A stretch of DNA of 63,945 nt, counting the filler, from Kipferlia bialata (Eukaryota), in assembly GCA_003568945.1 (NCBI GenBank). It is 5 parts of 5 records of this genome, joined end to end, with 100 filler letters (N's around TTAATTAATTAA, not from the genome) between each part and the next. Parts side by side here need not be neighbours in the genome. Positions count along the whole stretch, not along the records: positions 44,460 to 59,159 come from BDIP01000786.1; positions 59,260 to 63,945 come from BDIP01000798.1; 3 more parts are not named here. The stretch is one strand, 5' to 3'. Of this stretch, positions 53,201 through 63,945 are shown piece by piece (within the stretch, counting starts at the first letter, position 1; each line of letters begins with the position of its first letter). A model generated the notes under the pieces. The model did not search any database, was not told where the DNA came from, and saw only the letters and a list, made by a program, of their open reading frames with translations. Made by a program: the position numbers and the translations under genes.

Positions 53201-55355
53201 TTGAGGGGTAGGGAGGAGCTGGAGAGAGAGACAGAGAGAAAGGACGTGCCTTCTTCGAGTTATATAGCAATTAGGACTCAAAGAGAGACCGTATACGAAT
53301 AGGAAGATGCGACGCTGTACTCTCAAGCATGCACTTGTATACATCTCAAGGAACACTACTCACCCAGCATATCCCTGACTTTGTTCCGGATGGACGGACA
53401 GTGCCTAGGTTTAGAGTGAATTCTATATAGTCTCAAAATGAACAAAAACTAAAAACTATATATATAATAACGATGAGAGCGAATATATCCACGCTCAACC
53501 GTTGCTGCGAACAGCACAATATGAACAGATTTACAGTGCACTCTATATGTAGACACACTATAGTACCTAGCCAATGCTGCTACTGCGCACAATGCACTGG
53601 GCACTAGGAATGACACTACATATATACAAACTCAATATAACATATGCATAAATACGATGACATATATAAACGTGATATATATATAGTAGATAGGTACCTA
53701 GCCAATGCAGCCACAGCACACAATGCACTGGGCACCAGGAATGACCATATACAATTATACATATAATGCTATAGTCTATCTACACTACATACACACCTTG
53801 CCAGTGCAGCCACAGCACACAATGCACTGGGCACCAGGAATGACAGGGTGGCAGTGACATTGGCAGCAGAGGCAGAGGCAGGGGCAGAGGGGGAGAGAAT
53901 CAACTGGGAATAAGGGTCTAGAGAGATGTATATATTGAGAGATAGTCATGTACGTTTGCAACCGTGAAGCAATAGTAGTCACCCATATATACCTTGCAAT
54001 AGTTGAGTAATGGGGATATGTCCCCTGCTGCCTCTGTGCCCAAGCGGGGTAAACAGGAATGCTATATATAATGCATATATATATATATATATATATTGTA
54101 ATGTATATAGTATAGTATACAATATATACAATTACATGGTAATGTGTATTACTATACCTTGCAGTAATTTAGAAGGGGTGATATGTCCCCAGCTGCCTCT
54201 GTGCCCACCACAGAGTGTAAACAGAAAACTACATATACATAGAAATATGTAATAGTGTACCTTGCAATAGTTGAGTAGTGGTGATATGTCCCCTGCTGCC
54301 TCTGTGCCCACTACAGAGACCAGGTAGCCAGCAGATCTAATGATTAGAGAGATATAGAGGGGGAGGGAGAGAGAGAGAGATGTGCCCACTTCAGAGACCA
54401 GGTAGCCAGGAGACCTCAGTGAAAGACAGGAAAAGGGAGACGAGAGAGCGAGAGAGCTAATTAATACTACACACCTGAGGGCTGTCTCTCTCTTGAAGGA
54501 CCCAGTCCGGAGTGCTGAGAGCAGGAAAGCTAGACTGGACCTGGCATGAGAAGGAACTCTGAAGATACCATACGTAAAAGTACACGTAAATATACATATT
54601 AATATATGTGGTCATCGAGATGTCTCCCAAGTGGCACATACAATCAATGAGTGCCATGTATTGCTCAAGTACTACACATTGGTAGACACAAATATGCTGC
54701 AGTACACACATGTATATAGTAACGCATTAGGCATATTGTATAATGTATACTACCTGACATGCGGTGCAAAGCCGTGTCTGTCGAGTCTGGCCAGTTTGGG
54801 TATGCACATGGCAACGGCCTCACGTACCTGGGTATAGGTATAGACGTTCAAACGTTTGGTTGGGTAAAATAAGGTCTATGAGCGTGTCTGCTATCCGCGT
54901 ATGACAGCACACATATAGGTAAACATATATAGATTAGTATGTATGTCTATAGAATACTATATATAGTACTATATACAGTACCTGTGCGTGTCTGCTATCG
55001 ACGTATGACAGCACATATAGGCAAATGCACACAGATAAGAATATATGTCTATAGAATACTACATATAGTACCTGGGCGTGTCTGCTATCCACGTATATAT
55101 ATATATATAAGTATATATGTCTATATAATACTACATATAGTACCTGGGCGTGTCTGCTATCCACGTATGACAGGACCACTCCAGTGATCTGTCTCACAGA
55201 CTCTCTCTCTCTCTCCCTATCTCTCTCCCTGTCCCTCTCTGCTGCACTGGGGTGAGAGAGATATGTGGCACTATACATATACATCGTTGCATATACATAC
55301 ATACCCTCTCTGCCATGTGATGTGTGCATCCATGACCTGGCCCAGCTGCAACAAG

Positions 55356-55399
<44 letters not shown>

Positions 55400-56089
55400 C
55401 TATATATATCTATATATATTCATACCCTCTCTGCCATGTGATGTGTGCATCCATGACCTGGCCCAGCTGCAACAGTCTGGTGCGGATAAGGGGGCCAGGG
55501 TTACTGATACTCAGTAACCAATACTATAATTACAAATATCCATATACATACACTACACAATAGTGTATGTAGAGTCCAGTGCGGATTTGGAGTCAGTGGG
55601 GACAGAATTAGAAATCAAAACTTGCCTAGTATATACTGAAAAGGGAGAGTATAGATTCATACCTAGACTGCAGCGAGGCAAGGGGCATCTGCTCACTTGT
55701 CCTCTCTCTCTCCCGCTCTCTCTCCCTCTCGCTAATTGGCGATCTTTCAGTGAGGTTTCAAAGAGATACTTGTCAGTAGAATGAGGGAGCTAGTGTGTAC
55801 AAAAGAAGAGAGTGCGAAGTAAATGACTGAGTGGATATATGCACTTTGTGTTTAGAGTATATGTGTAGTGTAGAGTACGTACCCGGGCATTGTCAGAGAC
55901 AGGGAGAGCGCAGAGAGGTTCCCATCCCTCACCGAACCCTTGGGTCCAATCTGGCCTGGTATTTAGTATTTAGTATTTAGATATATATACAATATATATA
56001 TATATATATTCATAAGAGTATTGGATGTATATGATATAGGTACTCTCTGAACCCTTGGGTCCAATCTGGCCTGGAATGTTAGATTCAAT

Positions 56090-56132
<43 letters not shown>

Positions 56133-56709
56133 AAGGAGTATTGGATATGTATTATATATACTCACCGAACCCTTGGGTCCAATCTGGCCTGGTATGTTAG
56201 ATACTCTATTAATTATACTGACATATACTTGCTAATAGAAATGATATAGGTACATTCTGAACCCTTGGGTCCAATCTGGCCTGGTGTGTTAGACATATAA
56301 TAGATATATAGATATATATATATGTATGTATGTATATGTTCATAAGAGTATGATAAAAATATTGGATATATATGACATAGGCACTAACTGAACCCTTGGG
56401 TCCAATCTGGCCTGGTATCAGATACAAAATGCATGTCATATATAGTATTTCTTATATAGTAACTGACTCTACAGGATAGAGGTACTGACAACTACTCTCA
56501 GAACCCCTGGATCCAATCCGGCCTGGTATGGGAGAACTAGGTACTACCAACAATACATGTTGTGTATATCAATAGAAAAATAGATACATACCATCATCCC
56601 CTTCTCTCTATGTATATCCAATTGTAAAGTGACTATTTACCTACATATATATATATATATACTATACCTAGCTGCTGGTACTGGCCGAGGATGCCTGGGA
56701 GACTGGACC
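44648..56709 (-). CDS. TOR: Target of rapamycin kinase, N-terminal HEAT-repeat half (many short exons); FAT/FRB/kinase lie beyond the contig end
   Basis: Spliced exons are collinear with TOR HEAT region as recalled: VREAVAMCIPKLARL; ILSSFDFTG...RYLGVAHTEIR; NLQRLFFAVND..IAVSEAALTVIGRLSS; PFIRKTLVQLLSQIE; RLLSRLISS..ALKAYVSTIL; ALGELAA; LDSTDAKRQKAAVRSLGLLSQNTG; LRVEATRVLGILGPLDP; DYYVNSALNVLL. Further upstream exons are possible to about 57450. Confidence 0.88.
48776..48938. other. Assembly gap (N run) inside a TOR intron
   Basis: 163 Ns. Confidence 0.98.
55931..56527 (-). repeat. Six dispersed copies of a ~26-bp TOR exon 5' end plus acceptor
   Basis: GAACCCTTGGGTCCAATCTGGCCTGG at about 55934, 56049, 56167, 56259, 56390 and a diverged copy at 56501, separated by TA-rich DNA. 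Confidence 0.9.
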
Positions 56710-57720
56710 CTGAGGGTAAGAAGAGAATGAATAAGGGGTGTAGAGAGAGAGAGAGAGAGAGAAGGATGCCAGGCAGACTGGGGTGAAGAGAATTACAGAA
56801 ACCAAAGAGGAAAGAAGAGAGCGTAAGGGAGAGAGAGAGACGCAGAGAGCTGCAAAGGGGAGAGTATGATCCTGGGCGGGTGACAGTGTGTTGAAGAGTA
56901 TTATACTGGGGAGAGAAGGAGAAGCGATAGTGCATAGGCCTGGGACACTGGAAGGACAGCACCTATACACTGACAGATATACTGAGAGATATACTGAGAC
57001 AGAGAGAGAATACTAATGGTGTGATGGACAATACGAATGTCACTCGACAGTACATAGTGAATATAGTATACGTAGAGAGTAAAGAAGGACCATTGATATA
57101 GACTAGTTAATAGCCTTGGTATAGAGAGAGAGAGGGAGATAGAGAGTAATCTATGAGCCGCACTAAACGTGGAGACAAGCATCTGTATAATAGACTAATT
57201 GTCGACATAGGGAAGAACGACAGAGGAAGAGAGAGACAGAGACAAACAGTACGTTAAGGTGTTGAGAAGAGAGAGGGAATGATGGTACCCCTCCTACACC
57301 ATACACCACATTATACACACCAGAGTGTCTCACCTGTCGCATGGACTGACATACCGTCTCTCTGCCTCCTCCTCCCTCGCTCTGACCCTCAGGCTCCACT
57401 CTCTGCCTTACTCTCCTACTCTCTTCTCTGTCCCCCTTACTTTCGTAGGTCCTTAGGGTTCTAACAGGTATCAGGGGTCCACTAAATAGTACTGAGCTGG
57501 TGGGTGATATACTAGCGTCCACGCTACGCAGACTGGAAGGAGTCACTCTATATAGAGACACCGATCCAGTGACCAAATCAAAAACAATCCTGCACCCCTA
57601 CTGCACAACTTTATACACCACTTCTTCCTAAAGGTTGAATCCTACACCCTTTTCGTGTTTGCCAGCATGACGAGGTTGAGCGTGAGGCATCAGTGGCAAG
57701 GCTCTTTTGAGCAATCAGAC

Positions 57721-58974
57721 ATGAAGTACCTTCTGATTCTTGCCCTCGTGGCCCTTGCTTGCTGCAATGTGGTCACTGTGACCTCTGAGGTGGGTGGATC
57801 AGCTATAATTCGAGAACTGATGGTCTTGTGTTGTTTGCGTGTATTTCCTTGCCTCCTGTCCATTGGTATCTCGAATACAGAGTCTGTTGTGTCTACATCA
57901 CACTGCTTTTCTGTATATATGCCTTTAATTGCTGTTTCTGCCATCATATGCACTAATTGATTCCTGACGTGTAGGATGGGATGCACTTCATTCTCCAATG
58001 CCACTACACTTCTGCTTGTTACTGTATATCAGTGCATATACGGTTGTAATTTTACCTATGGACAGTTCGACGGAGATTGGTGTTCCCATAGCTGTTGGAT
58101 TTCCGGTCAAGTGTAAATAGTAATTGTACAGTGTATCACATTCATTGCCCCATATACCTTTCTCACCTTCCAGAACTGGGATGAGGTTGCCGCTACCCCC
58201 GCTTTTGTCAAGTTCTACGCCCCCTGGTGCGGACACTGCAAGCACCTTGCCCCCATCTGGGAGGTACGATCGATCTCTCTCTCTCTCCCTCACCTGTCTC
58301 TCTTTGTATTTAACAGTTTACCCCTTTCAGCTGTTATTGTCTACAACAACCCTTTCTTACCAGCTAGGAGCTCGCTGACGAGGTTGCCGGTGAGGAGGTT
58401 GTGATTGGAGAGATTGACTGCACTGAGAACGAGGAGCTCTGCCGCAAGTTTGAGGTATTGCTAGTACACTATACATCCAGTATTTGATTGTGTTGCCATT
58501 TTGCTTAATGTGTGTTCTCACCCTCCAGGTCCGTGGATACCCCACCCTCATCTACATCGAGGGAGAGGCCCAGGTCACCTACAACGTACGTCAAACGGAT
58601 AATTACTCTAATCCCCATATCAGTTGTCTATTATATGTCACATCTATACTTACCATTAGGGCCCCCGTGAGCTGACCGACCTTGCCACCTGGGTTGTTGC
58701 CATGATGGGACCCGCCGTGCACACTGTCGACACCATCGAGGCTGAGGTATATTCATGCAGTGTCTCTTAACGATGGATTGATATTTTTGGTATCCATGCA
58801 CAATTATTTCTATGCCTGTCCCCTCCTTCTAACCCTCAGTCCTCCATCTACTTTGTCAACACCTCTCTCTCTCTCTCTCTCTCTCTTCGTCTGCACCCCT
58901 TATACCAGTCCTCCATCTACTTTGTCAACACTGGCTCCAGCGACCTCTTCGACGAGGTGGCCAACACCCACAAG
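57721..58974 (+). CDS. PDI: Protein disulfide isomerase (signal peptide + WCGHC thioredoxin domain), truncated at contig end
   Basis: [15 protein letters not shown]...|[36 protein letters not shown]...[26 protein letters not shown]...[10 protein letters not shown]. Confidence 0.93.
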
Positions 58975-59103
58975 GTATATAATATTTGAATGTATTTATA
59001 TATATATATACATATACATACATATACATACATATACATACATATACATACATACAAGGAGGTGGAGGCCAACACCCACAAGGTATGAGAGCATGCCTAT
59101 CAT

Positions 59104-59154
<51 letters not shown>

Positions 59155-59159
59155 TGTGT

Positions 59160-59259
59160 NNNNNNNNNNNNNNNNNNNNNNNNNNNNNNNNNNNNNNNNN
59201 NNNTTAATTAATTAANNNNNNNNNNNNNNNNNNNNNNNNNNNNNNNNNNNNNNNNNNNN
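59160..59259. other. Artificial contig linker
   Basis: N44-TTAATTAATTAA-N44. Confidence 0.98.
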
Positions 59260-60052
59260 CCACCACACCAGGGTCCTTGGCCAGCTCCCGCTTGAGGGCA
59301 CTGGGGTTCTTGACGGAGCACAGGCTGAGGGCAGAGAGGGTGGTGGAGCCCAGGGCGTCGCAGAACTGGTCCAGCCGCAGAGACCCACAGTCCGGCATGT
59401 ACAGCACACGGGTGGAGAGGGGGTCGGTGGTCAGAGTGCCGTACTGCTCTTCGATACTTCCAAGCTTCCTTGAGAGGGAGAGGCGTAGCTGGGCGTCGAC
59501 GATCGTGGCTAGGACAAAGTCAGACAGGCGCCTAGGCCTCATTGGGAGGTAAGTGCTAGTTGAGCCATCGACGGGTGTGAGTGTGGCCCCGTCCCGACTA
59601 CACTCCATCTCTGACACTTTGCCATGTAGGTTCAGTGTCATGGGGTCATAGTTGTAGCCGTCTTCGGTGTATCCCTCTGTGACCCTTCCGTCGGGGGTCG
59701 TATAGATAGGGCGTCCACTCACACGGCCGTCCACCCAATCTGCTTCTAGCACACTACCGTGTGGTAATGTCATTTTGCCCCACCCATGCCTCTTCGAATT
59801 AACCACATCACCCTCATACACAAGGCCATCGGGGTGGTTAACGGTGGCGTGTCCATAGATCTCCCCGTCCACAAAGAACCCTCTTACTTCTCCGACGTCT
59901 GGCATGGTGAGAGTACCAGCACCGTTCCATGTCCTGTTGGACCAGTGTCCCTCATACACATATCCATTCTCGTATACATGTCTGGCATATCCGGACTCGG
60001 GGAGGGGTGGAGAGACCATGTCACCCGCTGGGTCTGTGCTTGGGCGTGTCAT
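59260..60052 (-). CDS. MORN-repeat protein, 3' end truncated
   Basis: YEGHWSNRTWNGAGTLTMPD, YEGDVVNSKRHGWGKMTLPHG and two further degenerate MORN units; no intron in the visible part. Confidence 0.8.
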
Positions 60053-60569
60053 ACACGCAGGCAATATCTGTAGTGTATGCCCCTGTTCTCCTACGTGTCA
60101 GCTAGAATGACAGTGTATCAGCGCAGCAGTTAACGCTATTGAATATTATCTCGTCTGACAACGGATTTGTGACATGCAGGATGTAGAACAGAGCGCGCGC
60201 CTAAACATCAATCGCACACGATACCTCTTTGCTGGATGTGTTTGGCTATACGGGATAGAGAGGCTGCCAGAGAAGTGTGTGGCTTGTCATGGGTGTGTCT
60301 ACTGTGACAAGTGAACATGACATGAGAGTGCTGTATCTACAGTGCATGTCATAGGACACCTTCACTCCAGGTGACAAGTGGAGGCATACTGTAGACTCTA
60401 CGAAACATGTTGAAATCTGACGCTCTATTACCGTTCTGCAACCATTACTGAACACCTCATAAACATCTACAGCAACGCCTGCTGTAATAGTTAACCACTC
60501 TGCACGTATATCTCTGATACCTCTCTCTCTCTCTCTCTCTCTCACACCCTCTCTCTGCGTGTGTACACC

Positions 60570-62439
60570 TTACATCTGGAAGAGCATCCCCTTCTTCTGC
60601 CCCCTCCTGGGCTGGGGTGCCTGAGCCTGCCTAGTCTCACGCTCCCTAGTGTCACGCTCCCTTGGCTGCCCCCCTACAGGGTACCTCTCGGGCTGGGCCT
60701 TGGGAGCCTGCTTCCCCTTGCCCCTTCCGTTGCCTCTCCTGCCGCCCTTGTTGGCGTTAGTCTTGTCACCCCTGCCCTGGGCGTGTGCCTCATGCACAGG
60801 CACACCCCTCAGACACCCAAGGCCTGGCCCAGAGGCACCCCCGTGCATGTCAATGTACTTGAGGAGACCCCTCCAGTAGGGACAGAGGGAGAGGGCGCAG
60901 GGGTCACCACAGATGGCAACGAGGGAACGGGCCCTGATGGGTGAGGAGGATGCCACGAGAGAGAGTATGAAGAGTACAATAATAATGGAGTACCTTGTGA
61001 CAATGACGTTGAGACGTCTAGCATCAGCCACAAAGCCAAGTGTGCTGCGCATGTGGTCTGATCCGTTGTATGTACGGACAGTGGATATGATGACGGCGTC
61101 AAACTCTTGGCCCTGGGGTGAGAACAATATACCCTATATATGTGAGTAAGAACAATAAACACTATATAGACTCAATACACACTATAGATGTGTGAATAGA
61201 CGGGACACAGTGCGTATGTGCCTGAATCTCCCCACCTGCATTGTCTCGACCGACCCAACCTTGACCCCCTCCATCTCATTCCTCCTCAGTGCCTGTCTGA
61301 GGAAGTGGGACTGGGGGTGAGGGAGGAAGGAGGACATAGAGTATACACACACTCTCTATATATGTAAGTAGTGATAGGTATGCAGAGGTATGTACCTGCT
61401 TCCTGTATGGGGTGACGATGGCCAACTCGTGCTGTGCCACAGACCACACACCAGATAGCAGGGACTTGGCCAGATCGATGACACGGTTGATCTAGGGGTG
61501 AGAGGGGGAGAGAGGGTGAGAGAGAGTGTGTGTGTGAATGAACACACCTCCTCCTGGTTGGTCCATGACTTGGTCACTGGGTCCTGCTCTGCCTTGCCTG
61601 GCACAGAGTGAAAGCACAGGGGGAAGCCCTTCCTAGGGGGTAAGGGGGATATACATATATCACACTCACTGTATGTATATGTACATAAATATGCATAGAT
61701 GTACCTAGGCAGGACAGGGCAGTCCTCGAGGTATGTGACCCTCTCCTTGCACCTCGACTCCAGCCTGTCTCCGTAGAACATGGTGTTGGAGGGGGTCATG
61801 ATGGCCGGGTGGTTCCGGTAGTTCTAGGGTGAGAGAGAGAGAGGGACAAAGAGACAGAGAGATGAGAGGCACAGGGGGGTTGCACGTGTTCTGGGGTGAG
61901 GGACAGAGATAGACACTAGTATAGTGTCACTACTATTCTGATACACAGTGCTTATATACATCCATACCTGTGTCAGCATGACGTAGTGCCTGCCCTCCCT
62001 TGCATTGCCAGAGGTCAGCCTCTGCAGCATGCTGATGCCATAGCCCAGCCTGGGGTCAGGGTATATATACATATATATAGACATACACACATACATATAA
62101 GCTGATGCCATAACCCAGCCTGGGGGGTGAGGGGTATATATATATACACTGTAAACAGATATAGGTGATTGCTCAATCACAGGTGTAGAGTACCTGTGCA
62201 TGTTGGCCTTGTTACGCACCACAGGCCCCAGCTGACGGGGGTCACCTGGGAGTGAGTGGGGTGAGTATGGTTGTCAAGAGAAAGAGTGTACCTAGTATAC
62301 AAATACACATAGCCACTCACCAGACACGACGTATGCTGCGTTGGGCTGTGCTGCCAGGGCACACAGGACATCTGCCTCGATGCCAGAGGAGGCCTCGTCC
62401 ACAATGACGTGGCTTGGGTCAGAGAGGCAGAGAGGGAGG

Positions 62440-62478
<39 letters not shown>

Positions 62479-63892
62479 CACCTGAACTTGGGTGCCTGGA
62501 TGAGGCAGAGGTTGCCAGCTGTGGCGCATGTGGTGACAATGCACTTGTAGGCAGTGATGTCTGAGGGTATGATGCACTGACCGTCGTGGTCGATGGGCAT
62601 GATGTCACGGATGGAGGCTGGGGTGGGTGGGGGGGGAGGGGGAGAGAGTTGGAGAGAGTGAGACAGAAGAGACAAGCATAGACACCACTTGTACTTGATT
62701 GTATACAGTGTATCTCTACCTGGTGCGTCCCTGGGTGCCCTTGACTGCCCTGCCACTCTGAGCATACTCTTCCGCAGGGTGGGCTCCACAGACAGTAGCA
62801 TGGTGGCCAGGAGGTCTGGGGGGTGAGGGGGGGGGGGAGACATATATAGTGAGAGAGTTTAGTAGTAATGTATTTATGCATGTACACATACCTGCCGCTG
62901 TGTTTGTGGGTGCCGTGAGTAGCACTGCGTTGCCCTTGGCCAGAAGGACAGCGGCCAGACAGGCAATGGTGTAGGACTTGCCTGTGCCTATGGAGTAAGT
63001 AAGTATCTAAGTACTCATTGGGGTTCTGAACCTAGTATATTGAAGAAGGAGATTACCTGGAGGTCCGTATATGAAGGTCAGTGTCTACATATTCATAGGT
63101 GTACTAATTTCATGATTGAGGCTAGGGTAGGGTACCTGGAGGTCCGTATATGACGAAGGGCCTGCCCTTGGAGGTGGCCGAGAGACAGCCCAGGATGGCC
63201 TGGGAGTAAGAGAGTAGAATCCAATGACAAATACTCGATATACACATACTATATATACCACCCCCCTACCTGTGTCTGCGCCGGGTTGGGCTGGTGTGTG
63301 TCTGGCAGGGCAGACAGCAGGTGGTGCCTGGGCACAGTGACCCTGCTGGACATGTCCTGGTCACCCTGCCCTCCCATGATGTCCCAGTCATCATCCATGC
63401 AGTCATCCTCAGAGGTGGTGCTGGGGGGTTAGACTGGGGGGGGGGAGAGGGAGGGAGGTACCAACGAGATGAGAATACATATACGTATATAAATTCTATA
63501 CACCCCTACCTCTCGTCATCGGAGTCGTCCGAGAAGTCGTCGAACCCCCCACCCACTGCAATCACCCTCTCCTGCTTCATACTCTTGGACATGGGTATGG
63601 CACAGTCGGTGTCGTCAATGTCACCCTCATCCTCCTCCTCCTCCCTGCCTGGGACAAGCCTGGTCTCCAGGTGGTGGGCCTCGGCAGTCTCAATGGCAGC
63701 AAACTGGAGGGGTGAGGGGGGGGGGAGGTGGAGAGAGGGAGAGAGAGAGTATATACACATACATATATATACATACATACACACATATACGCATACCTGA
63801 GCCCTGAGGCATGCGTCTGTGGGCCAGAATGTGAGTGTGCCCTTCTCGTATGCAATGGGGAGGTCGAAGGAGCAGGAGGCCTCGAACTTGAT
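60570..63892 (-). CDS. MOV10: UPF1-like SF1B RNA helicase, MOV10/SDE3/Armitage type; 5' end outside window
   Basis: PFVIYGPP|GTGKS, LLTAPTNTAA|DLL, HVIVDEAS, GDPRQLGPVV, NYRNHPAI..SN..FY, KGFPLCFH.V.G, IVTPYRKQ, KVGSVETMQ|GQE..VIISTVR, LGFV....RLNV.VTR|AR.L...GDP..L....W..LL. Confidence 0.8.
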
Positions 63893-63945
63893 CTGGAGGG
63901 TGAGAGGGGGGGGGGGGGGGGGGGGGGGCCAAAAAACCCACACAG

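Noticed and set aside
46608..54336. Shadows as ordinary mutually exclusive exons
   Set aside because: Nearly all are truncated, keep only one splice site and mostly encode the same peptide.
55931..56527. CRISPR-like array of ~26-bp repeats with spacers
   Set aside because: The repeats are a TOR exon 5' end plus splice acceptor, the spacers are irregular TA-rich intron DNA, the context is eukaryotic and no cas genes are present.
1..63945. tRNA, rRNA or snRNA genes
   Set aside because: None recognised by eye; a covariance-model search would be needed to exclude them.

Overview
Intron-rich eukaryotic DNA made of five unrelated contigs joined by artificial 100-bp N44-TTAATTAATTAA-N44 linkers (contigs 1-14726, 14827-29545, 29646-44359, 44460-59159, 59260-63945). 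Short GT-AG introns ending CTNAC-CCC(C)AG, (GA)n/(TA)n/poly-C tracts and Glu-Arg-rich proteins resemble the fornicate Kipferlia bialata (inference, not tested). Hand-spliced genes: two kelch-type proteins, ALG7/DPAGT1, a TM-DnaJ protein, two 7TM-like proteins, a neutral-sphingomyelinase-like EEP enzyme, an intron-containing hAT-like transposase, SWS1/ZSWIM7, a ~1550-aa acidic adaptor-motif protein, BRAP2, SWI3/SMARCC, the HEAT half of TOR, PDI, a MORN protein and a MOV10-like helicase. The main unexplained signal is 'shadow exons': introns carry partial copies of the neighbouring exon. 5' halves with the acceptor lie upstream and 3' halves with the donor lie downstream. Many differ from the real exon almost only at synonymous sites (35 codon differences and no amino-acid change across six selected hand-aligned TOR copies; other copies do carry replacements). 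Neutral decay of tandem duplicates would not be expected to give this. All gene models and family calls were made by eye, without database searches.
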